Shown: positions 19,981 through 30,364 of the stretch, piece after piece
Layout: each line of letters opens with the position of its first letter
Position numbering within the stretch: the first letter of the stretch is position 1
NCBI GenBank assembly: GCA_963836075.1
Contig: CAWIIB010000009.1
Span: 1,760,001 to 1,824,000, forward strand
DNA length: 64,000 bases
Direction of reading: 5' to 3'
From: an uncultured Acidobacteriota bacterium
GTDB taxonomy: Bacteria > Acidobacteriota > JAQAZP01
Notes under the pieces: generated by a model
Databases searched by the model: none
The model's input: only the letters and a program-made list of their open reading frames with translations
Told to the model about the DNA's origin: nothing
Made by a program: the position numbers and the translations under genes

Positions 19981-20091
19981 ATGGGCCGCGACAAGGGAAG
20001 TAAGGACAAGGGCAAAAAAGAGCAGCAGAAAGCTCCCAAACTCACACTGAAGGAAAAACGTAAACTGAAGAAAGAGAAGAAGAGCAAATAG
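19981..20091 (+). CDS. 36-aa lysine-rich basic protein
   Basis: AAAGGAG RBS, ATG, MGRDKGSKDKGKKEQQKAPKLTLKEKRKLKKEKKSK. Confidence 0.65.
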   Translation: MGRDKGSKDKGKKEQQKAPKLTLKEKRKLKKEKKSK

Positions 20092-20092
20092 T

Positions 20093-22306
20093 TCAGAATC
20101 GTCCTGCAGCCACCTTTGTCCCGTGAGTCCACCCTTCGGGGTAGGCCTCGAAGGAGAACCAGAGCGTGGCCTGCAGCCCATCGTATGTGAAGACCTTCAC
20201 CGGTGATCCCACTGTCGGATCCGGGCCGCCTCCCACCACGATCTCGTTCCGGCCGTCATCGGTGAGATCGGTGCCGGCAAAAATCTCGGCGCCGTATCGC
20301 GCCTGTTCCAGCGGCCAGGCAAAGAAGCTCAGCCCGGGCATCGGAGCCACCTCAGCCCCGTCGTAGTTCCAGCCGCGGATGTGGGCTGGGAAAAGCGCGC
20401 TCGGGCCTGGAGCGGTGATGATCTCTTCCATGCCGTCGCCGTCCACATCGCCGCAGGTTACTTCCACACCGAACTTGTTGGTGCCGTAGGCCATAAAACT
20501 CACTCCGGGTATGGGGTCGGTGTGCGGGTCGGAGGAGGTGATGAAGCAGTTCCAGCCGCGCACGTGGGGCCCGAAAACCGCCCCGGGACCGGCACCGGTG
20601 ACGATCTCGTCCCTGCCGTCACCGTCGATGTCGCCGGCGGCCACGTTGACCCCCCACTTGTTGGTCCCGTAGGCGAAGAAATTGACGCCGGGCACGGGGA
20701 AGGATCCGGTACCACCATCGCTAAGGAAGGCCCGGACGTGGGGACCGAAGACCGCTCCCGGACCGGGGCCGGTGATGATCTCGTCATGCCCATCGTTGTC
20801 GATGTCTCCGGCTGCGACGTTGACACCCCACTTGTGGGTTCCGTAGGCAATAAATGACGTATAGGGGACAGCATACCCGCTCGGTTCGAAAATACGGACG
20901 TGGGGCCCGAAAACGGCGCCCGGCCCGGCGCCGGTGATAATTTCGGGGGTATCGTCATCGAACAGGTTGCCGGTGGTCACATTGGCTCCGTAGTGTTGGG
21001 AGGAATACGCGTTGAACTCCTCCACCTGCAGCGGGTCCTGGCCCGGGATGAACAGACGTACCCTTGTCGGGTTGTCATATGCCGGACCGGGGCCGGTGAC
21101 CACGGCAGGGCCGTCGTTGGTGCTGAACAGGTCGCTCCACTCGTACTCCAGCCGCGGCGTGTTGCCCGGATCGAGACGCCCCTGGACCCAGATGGTCATC
21201 TCCTCCCGGCCGCGATACGCGACGCTCATCTTGTGCAGGCCGCTCGATCCCATCAGCGACCAGTGGCTCTGCAGGTCCTTGGTCCCGCCCTGGTCGTAGT
21301 AGTCGGCCATGAACTCGGCGCCCGCCGGGGTGTAGGTGCCGTCAGTCCAGGCGTTGGCGGTGAGCAGCACGTCGCCACCGAAGTAGGAGGCCTTGGGCGT
21401 ACGGAGGTCGTAGAAGCCCGAGTCCCGGCTGCAGGTGAAGACGCCGCCGTAGCCAACGGGTACGAAGCAGTTGATGAAGCTGCCGGTCCAGGTGTGGACC
21501 CCTTCCAGATCATGCCAGGAATCGTAGAGGTGTTCATCGATGGACGAAAACCAGTTTGGCTCGGTTGTAATGTAACGCGCCGCCGCGGTGCGCAGCAGGG
21601 CGTCGGCGTGGGGCACGCCGCCGGTGTTGTAGTCGTGCAGCGAGACCTGGGTGCCGTATTCGTTGAGCGTGGTGATGCCCACCACATAGCCGGCCCAGGA
21701 GAGACCCAGCCAGGCAGTGCCGTCACTGGGCTCCCAGGCGCAGAGCACGTGGTGGTTGATCGAGGTGTAGGGGCTGCCGAAGTCGAGGCGGCGGGTGGAG
21801 AGGGTTTTCACCGGCGGCTCGACGAACTGGCCCCAGCAGGAGTGGGAGCGGCAGGCCGGCGGGTAGCTCCAGTCGCCATACCCGTTGGCCACCTTGAGGT
21901 CCAGTTTGTCGATACTCTCCCCGGGGTACAGTTCGGCCAGGGCGTCCACCATGCCGTCCAGTTCACTCTCGATCACCACCGGCATCCAGGTGGCGTCGTC
22001 CATGGCCTGACGCATGGCGTCGTAGCCGCTGCCCAGGATTGACACCATGTCGTTGTGTATGGCAACGATCTCGTCGGCCAGCAGGTAGCCATGGGCATAG
22101 CCCATATCGTAGTGCGAACCCCAGACGTGGAGAACCGTGTAGCCCTTGCCCTCGGCGTCCACCTGCTGGTCGAGAATCACGCCGTTGACGGCCAGGGCCG
22201 GAAGAGCGGCTATTGAAAAGAGAATGAAAACGAAAAAGGCGATGCCGGCGGTGGACCATAACGAAGAGTGATCAATGGAGCGGTTCGGAATCTTGAGATG
22301 AGCCAT
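20093..22306 (-). CDS. Secreted C45-like/Ntn-hydrolase protein with tail A
   Basis: VWGSHYDMGYAHG, a putative autocleavage Cys (ACRSHSCWG), STRRLDF, TTLNEYG; GGAGG RBS at start 22306. Confidence 0.7.
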   Translation of the reverse strand: MAHLKIPNRSIDHSSLWSTAGIAFFVFILFSIAALPALAVNGVILDQQVDAEGKGYTVLHVWGSHYDMGYAHGYLLADEIVAIHNDMVSILGSGYDAMRQAMDDATWMPVVIESELDGMVDALAELYPGESIDKLDLKVANGYGDWSYPPACRSHSCWGQFVEPPVKTLSTRRLDFGSPYTSINHHVLCAWEPSDGTAWLGLSWAGYVVGITTLNEYGTQVSLHDYNTGGVPHADALLRTAAARYITTEPNWFSSIDEHLYDSWHDLEGVHTWTGSFINCFVPVGYGGVFTCSRDSGFYDLRTPKASYFGGDVLLTANAWTDGTYTPAGAEFMADYYDQGGTKDLQSHWSLMGSSGLHKMSVAYRGREEMTIWVQGRLDPGNTPRLEYEWSDLFSTNDGPAVVTGPGPAYDNPTRVRLFIPGQDPLQVEEFNAYSSQHYGANVTTGNLFDDDTPEIITGAGPGAVFGPHVRIFEPSGYAVPYTSFIAYGTHKWGVNVAAGDIDNDGHDEIITGPGPGAVFGPHVRAFLSDGGTGSFPVPGVNFFAYGTNKWGVNVAAGDIDGDGRDEIVTGAGPGAVFGPHVRGWNCFITSSDPHTDPIPGVSFMAYGTNKFGVEVTCGDVDGDGMEEIITAPGPSALFPAHIRGWNYDGAEVAPMPGLSFFAWPLEQARYGAEIFAGTDLTDDGRNEIVVGGGPDPTVGSPVKVFTYDGLQATLWFSFEAYPEGWTHGTKVAAGRF

Positions 22307-22405
22307 TGTGCCCTCCGCAGGTTGGACGTAATCCGGAAGTAATCGCTTCATCAATGAGAGAATTTATATCACGATGAGAGAGGGCCGGCAACGGTGGGGT
22401 AGCAC

Positions 22406-22444
22406 AAAAAAGGGGACCAGCACCGGAAAGTGCCAGTCCCCTTT
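22406..22444 (-). terminator. Intrinsic terminator
   Basis: Minus strand AAAGGGGACTGGCAC-loop-GTGCTGGTCCCCTTTTTT downstream of 22484-25507. Confidence 0.75.
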
Positions 22445-22483
22445 GGGTTCCTTGTCCTGTTATTTCTCGTAAAGCAACCGTTC

Positions 22484-25400
22484 CTAGAAATCCCCTCCGG
22501 CGATCTTACCTCCCTGGACCAGTCCCAGGTCACCATAGGCGTCGAAGTCGATGGTGGTGATGGGCGTCGCCGTTCCGCCGTCCACGTTCCAGGCCCGGGC
22601 CAGGGCCGTCTGGGACGGGTCGGGTCCAGGCATGGTCAGGATCTCGTCAGTCCCGTCTCCGTCCACGTCCGCACCAGCCACCTGCGCACCGTAGAGGGCG
22701 CCGGGGTAGGCGAAGAAGTTGACTCCGGACAGTGAAGTCACCGTGCCGCCATCGTAGTTCCACCCCCGGACCTGCGGTCCGAAGACCACACCCGGTCCGG
22801 GACCGGTGATGATCTCGTCGATCCCGTCGCCGTCGATATCGGCACAGGCCACGTTGACACCGTATTTCAGGGTGCCGTAGGCGAAAAAGCTCACCGCGGG
22901 GATGGATGCGGCCGCGCCGCCGTCGACGTTCCAGCCGCGGACGTGCGGACCGAAGACAGCCCCCGGGCCGGCGCCGGTGACGATCTCGTCGTAGCCGTCG
23001 CCGTCGATGTCACCGCAGTCCACGTTGACCCCCCACTTCAGCGTCCCGTAGGAGAAATAGCTGATGCCGGGGATGGATGCGGCCGCACCGCCGTCCACGT
23101 TCCAGCCGCGGACATGGGGCCCGAAGACGGCCCCCGGGCCGGCGCCGGTGATGATCTCGTCATTGCCGTCGCCGTCGACGTCGCCGCAGGCCACGTTTAC
23201 TCCATACTTCAGTGTGCCGTAGGCGAAGTAGTTGACACCGCTCACGGGAGTGCCGCTGCCGCTAAAGGCCCGGACGTGGGGGCCGAAGATGGCGCCGGGC
23301 CCCGGCCCGGTGACGATCTCGTCGGTACCGTTACCGTCAAGGTCACCGACGGCCACGTTGACGCCATACCCGTCCGCGCCGTAGGCCGACCACTGGGTGA
23401 TGGCGGAAGTGGGGTTGGCGGCATTCCAGGTGCGCACCAGGGTGGGGTTCGCCTGGGCCTGGCCGGGTCCGGTGACCAGCTTCAGCGAACTGGGGGCGGC
23501 AGCGGTGGTGGCGCTGAGCATCAGTTCGTCGACCACGATACGCCCCTCGTCGGAGCCCCATGACGGGCCACAGTCGAAGCGGATCGCCGCCACGTTGGCC
23601 AGGTTGAGGCCGGAACCGTTGTTGAGGAAGTCGGTGAGCCGGATGCGGGTCACTTCCATCTCGTTGTGCCACCCGCTGCTGCGGTCGTAGGGCTGCTCCA
23701 GGCCGCCGCCATACGCCCCGATGTTGATCGAGCTGGTGTTGCCGCTGCCGTCGCGCAGGGTGACGCTGAAGGTCAGGTCGCCCATGACGGCCAGCGTGTT
23801 GGGGTGCCGTGTTCCCTGGGCCCCGCGGAAGGAGAAGTAGTCGTAGTCGGCAAAGTTGCTCAGTCCGGGAACGACTTCCCATTCGATGTAGTGGTCGGCC
23901 CCGGTCCAGTCGAAGACCACCCCCGCGCTGTCGTCTGATCCCTGCGACGAGGCCTGGGTCGCCCCATTGAACGGGTCGCTGGCCGACCAGGCGAAACTGC
24001 TGGTGCTGTCGTCCATACGGCCTTCCGTCACGTTCTCCACCGTGAAGGTGACGGCCCCCCCGGAGCTGCTGACCATGGTGGACGGGCTGCTCTGGAAGTC
24101 GTCGATATAGGCGGTTGTTGACGGGTCACCGTTGCGATACTCGTGGGTCACCACGATGCAGGGGTTGGTGACATCCACGCCGATGGGGTGGAAGCGTTCA
24201 TACTGCCGCCAGAGGAAGTCGTGGGCCGGGATGTTGCCTTCGATGTAGTGCTTGACCAGCGGCAGGAAATATCCCTGCTGGATGAGGTGCGTGTTCTCCT
24301 CGCCGATGGAGCAGGGCCCGGTGAACCAGGAAGTGCCGCCGCCGTCGTGGAACCAGCCGTGGCCGGTGCCCTGCACCACCGTCGACTGCCGGTGGCTGGT
24401 GGCCCGGTCGTGCAGGTGGAAGGTCTGGCAGAGGTCGCAGCCCGCCGAGCCGTCGACGTCCGCGTCCCCCGCGGCCGTCCAGAGGTGGTAGTTGACATCG
24501 TGGGGGTTGGAGCTGTTGGTCTTGAGAAAATCGGTGGGCAGCATGCTGCTCAGTAGTTTTATATCGCTGATGGTGAAGTTGTCCGGGGTGTACGCTCCGT
24601 CGAAGAGCCGGTCGTAGGCCCGGGCAATCCCCTCGCCGCCGCGGCTGTGGCCGATCCAGGTGATGGCGTGGGAGTTGAGGTGCCCGTCCAGCACGCCCCC
24701 GCCGATGGAGCCCTGGTTACCGATGATGTAGTCGGTATTGGTCAGCGTGGTGGTGGAGGCGGTCTCGATCCCCGGCCCGGTGTTGTTCTGGTGAGACATG
24801 ACGATGTAGCCATAGGAGGCCAGGTGGTAGCCGATGTGGTCATACCAAATATATTGGTGGCCGTTGCCGTGGCTGATAACCACCAAGGGCAGCTGGCCCA
24901 TGGTGGCGATGTCGGTGGGGTAGTAGAGATCCTGGCCGAGATAAGACCCGCCGCTGTAGATGATCTCGGTCACATCCAGCGGGCCGGGCTGGGTGGTGTC
25001 GTGCACCATGTAAAATCCGGCCTCGCTGCCGAAACCGTCGATGTAGTCCGGGTCGTCCAGCTGGCCGTTCTGGTTCATGTCGACGACCACGTCATACCCC
25101 ACGCCGAGGCCGGTGCCGGCATCGGCGTCGAGGGTGTCGGCCGCGGCCACCACCCGGCGGTTGTCCTGGATCGAGGCCCCGCTGAAGGTGATGGCCAGCG
25201 GTCCACCGGCCACGTCGGTCAGCGCCGGGTCCGATGTCCACTGGGCTTCGTCTTTCGCCTCGACGATATAGATGTCCGCCGTTTGACCCACGATGCCCGG
25301 GAAACGGAAGGGGTCCATGGCCACGCGCACTTCGGCATCGACGTTGATTGCCCTGACATACTCAAAATAGGGGTAGACGGGACTGTTGTTGCCGGCAAGC

Positions 25401-25507
25401 TCGGTTCGCTGCCCGGCAGGCGGAGGCGCAGCCTGGGCAATGCCTGTGGCGACGATCAGCAGCAAAGCCGCTGTGAGTAGTGAGGCCGTGAAGGCTCTAC
25501 ACACCAT
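22484..25507 (-). CDS. Secreted alpha/beta-hydrolase-fold protein with tail A
   Basis: LPLVVISHGN, HLASYGYIV, nucleophile elbow GHSRGG; signal peptide from ATG 25507 (the ORF extends to 25615). Confidence 0.8.
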   Translation of the reverse strand: MVCRAFTASLLTAALLLIVATGIAQAAPPPAGQRTELAGNNSPVYPYFEYVRAINVDAEVRVAMDPFRFPGIVGQTADIYIVEAKDEAQWTSDPALTDVAGGPLAITFSGASIQDNRRVVAAADTLDADAGTGLGVGYDVVVDMNQNGQLDDPDYIDGFGSEAGFYMVHDTTQPGPLDVTEIIYSGGSYLGQDLYYPTDIATMGQLPLVVISHGNGHQYIWYDHIGYHLASYGYIVMSHQNNTGPGIETASTTTLTNTDYIIGNQGSIGGGVLDGHLNSHAITWIGHSRGGEGIARAYDRLFDGAYTPDNFTISDIKLLSSMLPTDFLKTNSSNPHDVNYHLWTAAGDADVDGSAGCDLCQTFHLHDRATSHRQSTVVQGTGHGWFHDGGGTSWFTGPCSIGEENTHLIQQGYFLPLVKHYIEGNIPAHDFLWRQYERFHPIGVDVTNPCIVVTHEYRNGDPSTTAYIDDFQSSPSTMVSSSGGAVTFTVENVTEGRMDDSTSSFAWSASDPFNGATQASSQGSDDSAGVVFDWTGADHYIEWEVVPGLSNFADYDYFSFRGAQGTRHPNTLAVMGDLTFSVTLRDGSGNTSSINIGAYGGGLEQPYDRSSGWHNEMEVTRIRLTDFLNNGSGLNLANVAAIRFDCGPSWGSDEGRIVVDELMLSATTAAAPSSLKLVTGPGQAQANPTLVRTWNAANPTSAITQWSAYGADGYGVNVAVGDLDGNGTDEIVTGPGPGAIFGPHVRAFSGSGTPVSGVNYFAYGTLKYGVNVACGDVDGDGNDEIITGAGPGAVFGPHVRGWNVDGGAAASIPGISYFSYGTLKWGVNVDCGDIDGDGYDEIVTGAGPGAVFGPHVRGWNVDGGAAASIPAVSFFAYGTLKYGVNVACADIDGDGIDEIITGPGPGVVFGPQVRGWNYDGGTVTSLSGVNFFAYPGALYGAQVAGADVDGDGTDEILTMPGPDPSQTALARAWNVDGGTATPITTIDFDAYGDLGLVQGGKIAGGDF

Positions 25508-25823
25508 GCCGTAATTCTCCCTGCCGGATCTTTCTCTAATTGTGGTCACGAAGTTCTCCTTCTCACCTGTTCGAGGTTCCGGAGGGCATGGCCGGTGGCC
25601 CCCGGTGATCGACACCTACCTGATAGTTTGGAGACGATGCGCCTGTTCCTCATCACCGGGCTGGCTGGCACGCGGGGCAAAGTCCCCGCACCCCGCGACC
25701 GGTTCCCACCATGGGAAACCACCAGGCCGCGGAGGAAGGTGCCGTGCACGGCACCGGTGTCACTGACATCGCGGTGGAGGAAGTTGTGCAGGCGTCCGGC
25801 AAGAATAATAGCACACTGACGAC

Positions 25824-25851
25824 AAAGGGCGCGGGGAAAATCCCCGCGCCC
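25824..25851 (-). terminator. Intrinsic terminator
   Basis: GGGCGCGGGGA / TCCCCGCGCCC perfect stem followed by TTTGT on the minus strand. Confidence 0.65.
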
Positions 25852-25884
25852 GTAATTTAAAAGTTAACTATGTGGAGATCGACC

Positions 25885-28365
25885 CTAGAAGCCTCCCCCC
25901 GCGACCTTGCCGCCGCCCATCAACATCAGGTCACCGTAAGCGTCGGCGTCGATCTCGGTGATGAGCTCCGCCATCCCTCCGTCGACGTTCCAGGCCCGCA
26001 CAACGGCACCAATGGTGGAGTCGGGACCAGGCATGGTCAGGATCTCGTCGAAGCCATCACCGTCCAGGTCGAGCCCCGCCACCCGCGCGCCGTAGAGGGC
26101 GCCGTCATAGGCGAAGAAATTGACACCGGACATCGCCTCCAGAGTGCCGCCGTCGTAATTCCAGCCGCGGATATGCGGACCGAAGATTTCCCCTGTACCC
26201 GGGCCGGTGAGAATCTCGTCGATCCCGTCACCGTCCAGGTCGGCGCAGCCCACGTTCAACCCCCACTTCAGTGTGCCGTAGGCGAAAGCGTTGATACCGG
26301 AGATGGGTGTGAGCGTGCCGCCGTCCACGTCCCAGCCGCGGACGTGGGGGCCGAAGACGGCTCCCGGTCCGGGACCGGTGATGATCTCGTCGAAGCCGTC
26401 GCCGTCCACGTCACCGCAGGCCACGTTGACGCCCCACTTCAGGGTGCCGTAAGCGAAGCCGTTGATACCGGAAATGGACATGGCCGTGCCGCCGTCAACA
26501 TCCCAGCCGCGGACGTGGGGGCCGAAGACGGCTCCCGGGCCGGCGCCGGTGATGATCTCGTCGTATCCGTCACCGTCAACGTCGCCGCAGGCCACGTTCA
26601 CTCCATACTTCAGCGTGCCGTAGGCGAAGAAATTTACCCCGTCCACCGGCGTGCCGTCGGTGCCAAAGGCGCGGACTTGGGGCCCGAAGACCGCCCCCGG
26701 GCCGGGACCGGTGACCACGGAATCGATGCCGTCGTCACCCAGAACACCGCAGGCGACATTGACGCCGTAATCTTCAGCGCCGTAAGCCGGCCACTCGCCG
26801 ATGAGGGCCAGGGAGTCGTTGGGATCCCAGACGCGCACCATCGTCGGATTGTCCGGCGCCGCACCGGGGCCGGTCACGATCAGCGGCATGGTTGGATCCG
26901 GTCCGCCGCCGGTGCTGCAATTGTAGATCTCGCAGGCCAGCGTGGCCCAGTCGCCGGTACCGTAAGTGACTCCGGTATTGCCCGGGCTGTAATAGACCTT
27001 GCGGTCCGCCCGCCAGGCCACGGCCAGGCTGTTGTCCGGGTTGCTGAACGTCCCGTCGGAGACCGCTCCGCTGATTGCCGTGCAAGCGTCGAAATAGTCG
27101 GAGGCGTAGGCGCCGACCCCCTCGTGCACGCAATCGGTACCATCCATGTTGTAGGCGCCACTCTGGTAGGCACTTGCGGTGATGGGGCAATAGGCCTCGG
27201 TCATGATCCTGCCTTCCAGCCAGTTGACCTGGGTGGTATGGAAGCACCACTGGCCCAGCACCACTACGCCACCGCCATCAACGTAGTCCGCGAGGTTGTC
27301 GCCGTAGGCGACGGCATCGGCGAAGGCATAGTTGCCCCAGACGATAACCATGTCATAGCCGGAGAGCGTGGCCAGGTCCGGCGTGGCACTGATCGCGTCG
27401 AAGTAGTCCACATCCACCCCGGTGCAGGCGGCAAGGTCGGCGCGGAAGGTCGCGTTGTCCGCTTCGGACGGAGCGTAGAGGATGGGCCCGCCGCCGGGTC
27501 CACCGTCATCGCAGAGGAACATCTGGCCGGACACCGCGGCCCAGTCTCCGGTGCCGTAGGTGACCCCGGTGTTGCCCGGGCTGTAATAGACCATGCGGTC
27601 CGCCCGCCAGGCCGCGGCCAGGCTGGTATCCGGATTGCTGAACGTCCCGTCGGAGACCGCTCCGCTGATTGCCGTGCAAGCGTCGAAATAGTCGGAGGCG
27701 TAGGCGCCGACCCCCTCGTGCACGCAATCGGTGCCGTCCATGTTGTAGGCGCCACTCTGGTAGGCACTTGCAGTGATGGGGCAATAGGCCTCGGTCATGA
27801 TCCTTCCTTCCAGCCAGTTGACCTGGGTGGTATGGAAGCACCACTGGCCGAGGACCACCTTGCCCCCGCCGTCAACGTAGTCCGCAAGGTTGTCGCCGTA
27901 GGCGACGGCGTCCAAAAAGGCATAGTTGCCCCAGACGATCACCATGTCGTAGCCGGAGAGCGTGGCCACGTCCGGGGTGGCCGCTCTCGGGTCGAAGTAG
28001 TCGACAGTCGCCCCGGTCCAGGTGGCAAGGTCAGCGCGGAAAGTCGAGTTGTCATTTTCGGACGGTGCGTAAAGGATCATCGGTCCGCCCCGGCCGTCAG
28101 GCGGGGTGAGGTCGTGGCCCTGGAAGACATAGGTCAGTGTTTCACCCGTGTTTCCCACCAGCGTCTTCGGCGTCAGGTCGACCACCGCTTGGGGGGTAAT
28201 CTCCTTCTCCTGGGCTGCGGGGATCCACACCTCACCCGTGTTCCCCACCTGCATCTGCGGCGTCGCCTTGTCGATGGTAGCGGCGGACACCGTGGCGGCC
28301 AGAACCGTAACGGCCAGGACCAGGATGCCGGCTACGGTGAGCAATCTGCGTGAGAAATGACTCAT
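25885..28365 (-). CDS. Secreted protein with a tandemly duplicated 198-aa domain and tail A
   Basis: Signal peptide; AAGGAG RBS; two near-identical ILYAPSE...YGTGDWA units. Confidence 0.85.
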   Translation of the reverse strand: MSHFSRRLLTVAGILVLAVTVLAATVSAATIDKATPQMQVGNTGEVWIPAAQEKEITPQAVVDLTPKTLVGNTGETLTYVFQGHDLTPPDGRGGPMILYAPSENDNSTFRADLATWTGATVDYFDPRAATPDVATLSGYDMVIVWGNYAFLDAVAYGDNLADYVDGGGKVVLGQWCFHTTQVNWLEGRIMTEAYCPITASAYQSGAYNMDGTDCVHEGVGAYASDYFDACTAISGAVSDGTFSNPDTSLAAAWRADRMVYYSPGNTGVTYGTGDWAAVSGQMFLCDDGGPGGGPILYAPSEADNATFRADLAACTGVDVDYFDAISATPDLATLSGYDMVIVWGNYAFADAVAYGDNLADYVDGGGVVVLGQWCFHTTQVNWLEGRIMTEAYCPITASAYQSGAYNMDGTDCVHEGVGAYASDYFDACTAISGAVSDGTFSNPDNSLAVAWRADRKVYYSPGNTGVTYGTGDWATLACEIYNCSTGGGPDPTMPLIVTGPGAAPDNPTMVRVWDPNDSLALIGEWPAYGAEDYGVNVACGVLGDDGIDSVVTGPGPGAVFGPQVRAFGTDGTPVDGVNFFAYGTLKYGVNVACGDVDGDGYDEIITGAGPGAVFGPHVRGWDVDGGTAMSISGINGFAYGTLKWGVNVACGDVDGDGFDEIITGPGPGAVFGPHVRGWDVDGGTLTPISGINAFAYGTLKWGLNVGCADLDGDGIDEILTGPGTGEIFGPHIRGWNYDGGTLEAMSGVNFFAYDGALYGARVAGLDLDGDGFDEILTMPGPDSTIGAVVRAWNVDGGMAELITEIDADAYGDLMLMGGGKVAGGGF
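26945..28085 (-). repeat. Intragenic tandem duplication, period 594 bp
   Basis: Matching anchors 28058/27464 and 27541/26947 both differ by 594; long stretches are identical at DNA level. Confidence 0.9.
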
Positions 28366-29005
28366 CTTTACTCTCCTTTACTCTGGGTGCTTCATTGAGA
28401 AACGGTTGACACGCTGAGAGACAATTCCAACCCCCAACCATTCCACGGCAAAAGACAACCACTATTCCAACGCCAACGAAATCCTCACGGCCTCCACGGT
28501 CGTGAACACCTCCCGGAATGGCCATCGACTGCTCGCCAGTCCGGCTCGCACCGCCAATGCCATTACTTTCGCGACCGAACCAGAGCTCGATGCGATCGCA
28601 GATGTTGAAAAAAAGACGTGATGAGATTCAGATATTGCTTGAGATTATTATTACCTGCGCGTCCTGCGCACCATATACTTAAGATAAACTGCCCTCTGCC
28701 CGATCGTCAAGTCTATGTTTCAATTATTGAGCTTCCGGTGCTTTCTCCAATACGAAATTTGTTACGATTCTCCACAGGGCCGGCCGACTGCTGAAACGGT
28801 TTGACCCTGCCGGATCGCTCTTTACAGGGCACCATGCGCCGTTTTCAGCCCCGCAGCAGAGATTTGGTGACTATTGCCGGACGGGCGCGTGGTTGTCGCC
28901 CGGAAAGTAGTGTTAGAATCACCTTGTTGGCCTGCCGGACCGCTGAACCGTCCAGCCTGGAGGCCAAATCTCCACCGATCGGGTTTCCAGCGGCTGAAAT
29001 GGACA

Positions 29006-30364
29006 ATGAAAATACTTATCGTGCAAGCCGGGTTTGGCGGAATTGTCAGGCCGGTGATTGAACGCCTCAGAGAACGGGATGGAGCCGCCGGCATATACCT
29101 CTGCACGGCCTCGGGCGATTGGCGCTACAATTTTTCGGAGGAAGAGGGCCTCGCAGGCTTTCTCGATTTCAGCGCCCTGTCCACCCGCCAGTTGCTGCCC
29201 ACCATTCGACGGCTGCGCAACGAGCGCTTTGATCTGATCGTCGTTACCGACGCCCTGCTGGCTTCAAACCAGTTGGTGGCCAACATCTTCGCGTATTTCT
29301 GCCGCGGGCGGAGGGTGGAGCGTGTGGACAGCAGAACGGGTACGTTTCGCGTCATCGATCATTGGTCGGCATTCCGCAATCTGTTTCGCCGCCATTTCCT
29401 GGTCAAGTTCATCAACCAGTTCCTGGTCAGAGCCTCTCTGAGGCTGCGGCCGTCCCGAACCCTGGGGCAGCCGCTAAAACTTTTTCTCGAATCATGTTCC
29501 CTGTGCAATATCAGCTGTCCGGGGTGTCCGACAGGCCTGAAGAGCCTCTCCCGAAAGCAGGGACTGATGCCGCTGGAGAAGTACAAGGGGCTCCTGGATG
29601 ACTGCGGAAAGTACATCCAGGATATGAGGCTTCACCTCTTTGGCGAACCGCTGCTCAATGAGAACATCGCGGAAATGGTCGCCTACGCCAAAGGAAAAGA
29701 TATCCCGTTCATTGAGATCAGCACCAATGGAAATATCGCCGTTGATGACGAGTATTGCAAAACGTTGATCCGGTCCGGTCTCGACTCCCTGATCATCTCC
29801 ATGGATGGCGTTACCCCCGAGACATATTCGGTCTACCGCAGAGGGGGGAAGATCAGCAAGCTGATCCTGTTCACGGAAAAGATGGCCGCCATGAAGCGTG
29901 AACTGGGTGTTCTGCTACCGGTAATCGATGTGCAGTTTATCGTGATGAAGCACAACGAGCACGAGTTGGCCCAGGCCAGGGAACTGTCCGCCGCACTTGG
30001 TGCGGACAATCTGGTCACCCATTTTTTCGACGTCGGCTTCTGTCCGGAAGGCGTTGATGCGGCACAGTGGTTGCCGGAAAACAACAGCTACAGCCAGTAT
30101 ACGAACGATGATGACGGTTTGCGTGTCAAGGGTGAGAGGGCTGAAACCTGCAGTTCGTTGTGGGATACGTTGTATGTGACCTGGGAGGGCGACATCCTCC
30201 CCTGCTGCTATGATGGCCAGGCCAGGAATGTTCTGGGGAACCTGTTCACATCCGGCGTGCGGAGAACCTGGAACGGAGGCCGGATAAAGGCCTTTCGCAA
30301 ACAGGTCCTGAAAGACAGGAACAGCATCGAGCTTTGCCGGTCCTGCATTGCCCGCCCGCAGTGA
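29006..30364 (+). CDS. Radical SAM/SPASM domain protein
   Basis: CNISCPGC (CxxxCxxC), FGEPLLN, ISTNG, SPASM-type C...GDILPCC...CRSC; likely start MKILIVQ at 29006. Confidence 0.88.
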   Translation: MKILIVQAGFGGIVRPVIERLRERDGAAGIYLCTASGDWRYNFSEEEGLAGFLDFSALSTRQLLPTIRRLRNERFDLIVVTDALLASNQLVANIFAYFCRGRRVERVDSRTGTFRVIDHWSAFRNLFRRHFLVKFINQFLVRASLRLRPSRTLGQPLKLFLESCSLCNISCPGCPTGLKSLSRKQGLMPLEKYKGLLDDCGKYIQDMRLHLFGEPLLNENIAEMVAYAKGKDIPFIEISTNGNIAVDDEYCKTLIRSGLDSLIISMDGVTPETYSVYRRGGKISKLILFTEKMAAMKRELGVLLPVIDVQFIVMKHNEHELAQARELSAALGADNLVTHFFDVGFCPEGVDAAQWLPENNSYSQYTNDDDGLRVKGERAETCSSLWDTLYVTWEGDILPCCYDGQARNVLGNLFTSGVRRTWNGGRIKAFRKQVLKDRNSIELCRSCIARPQ

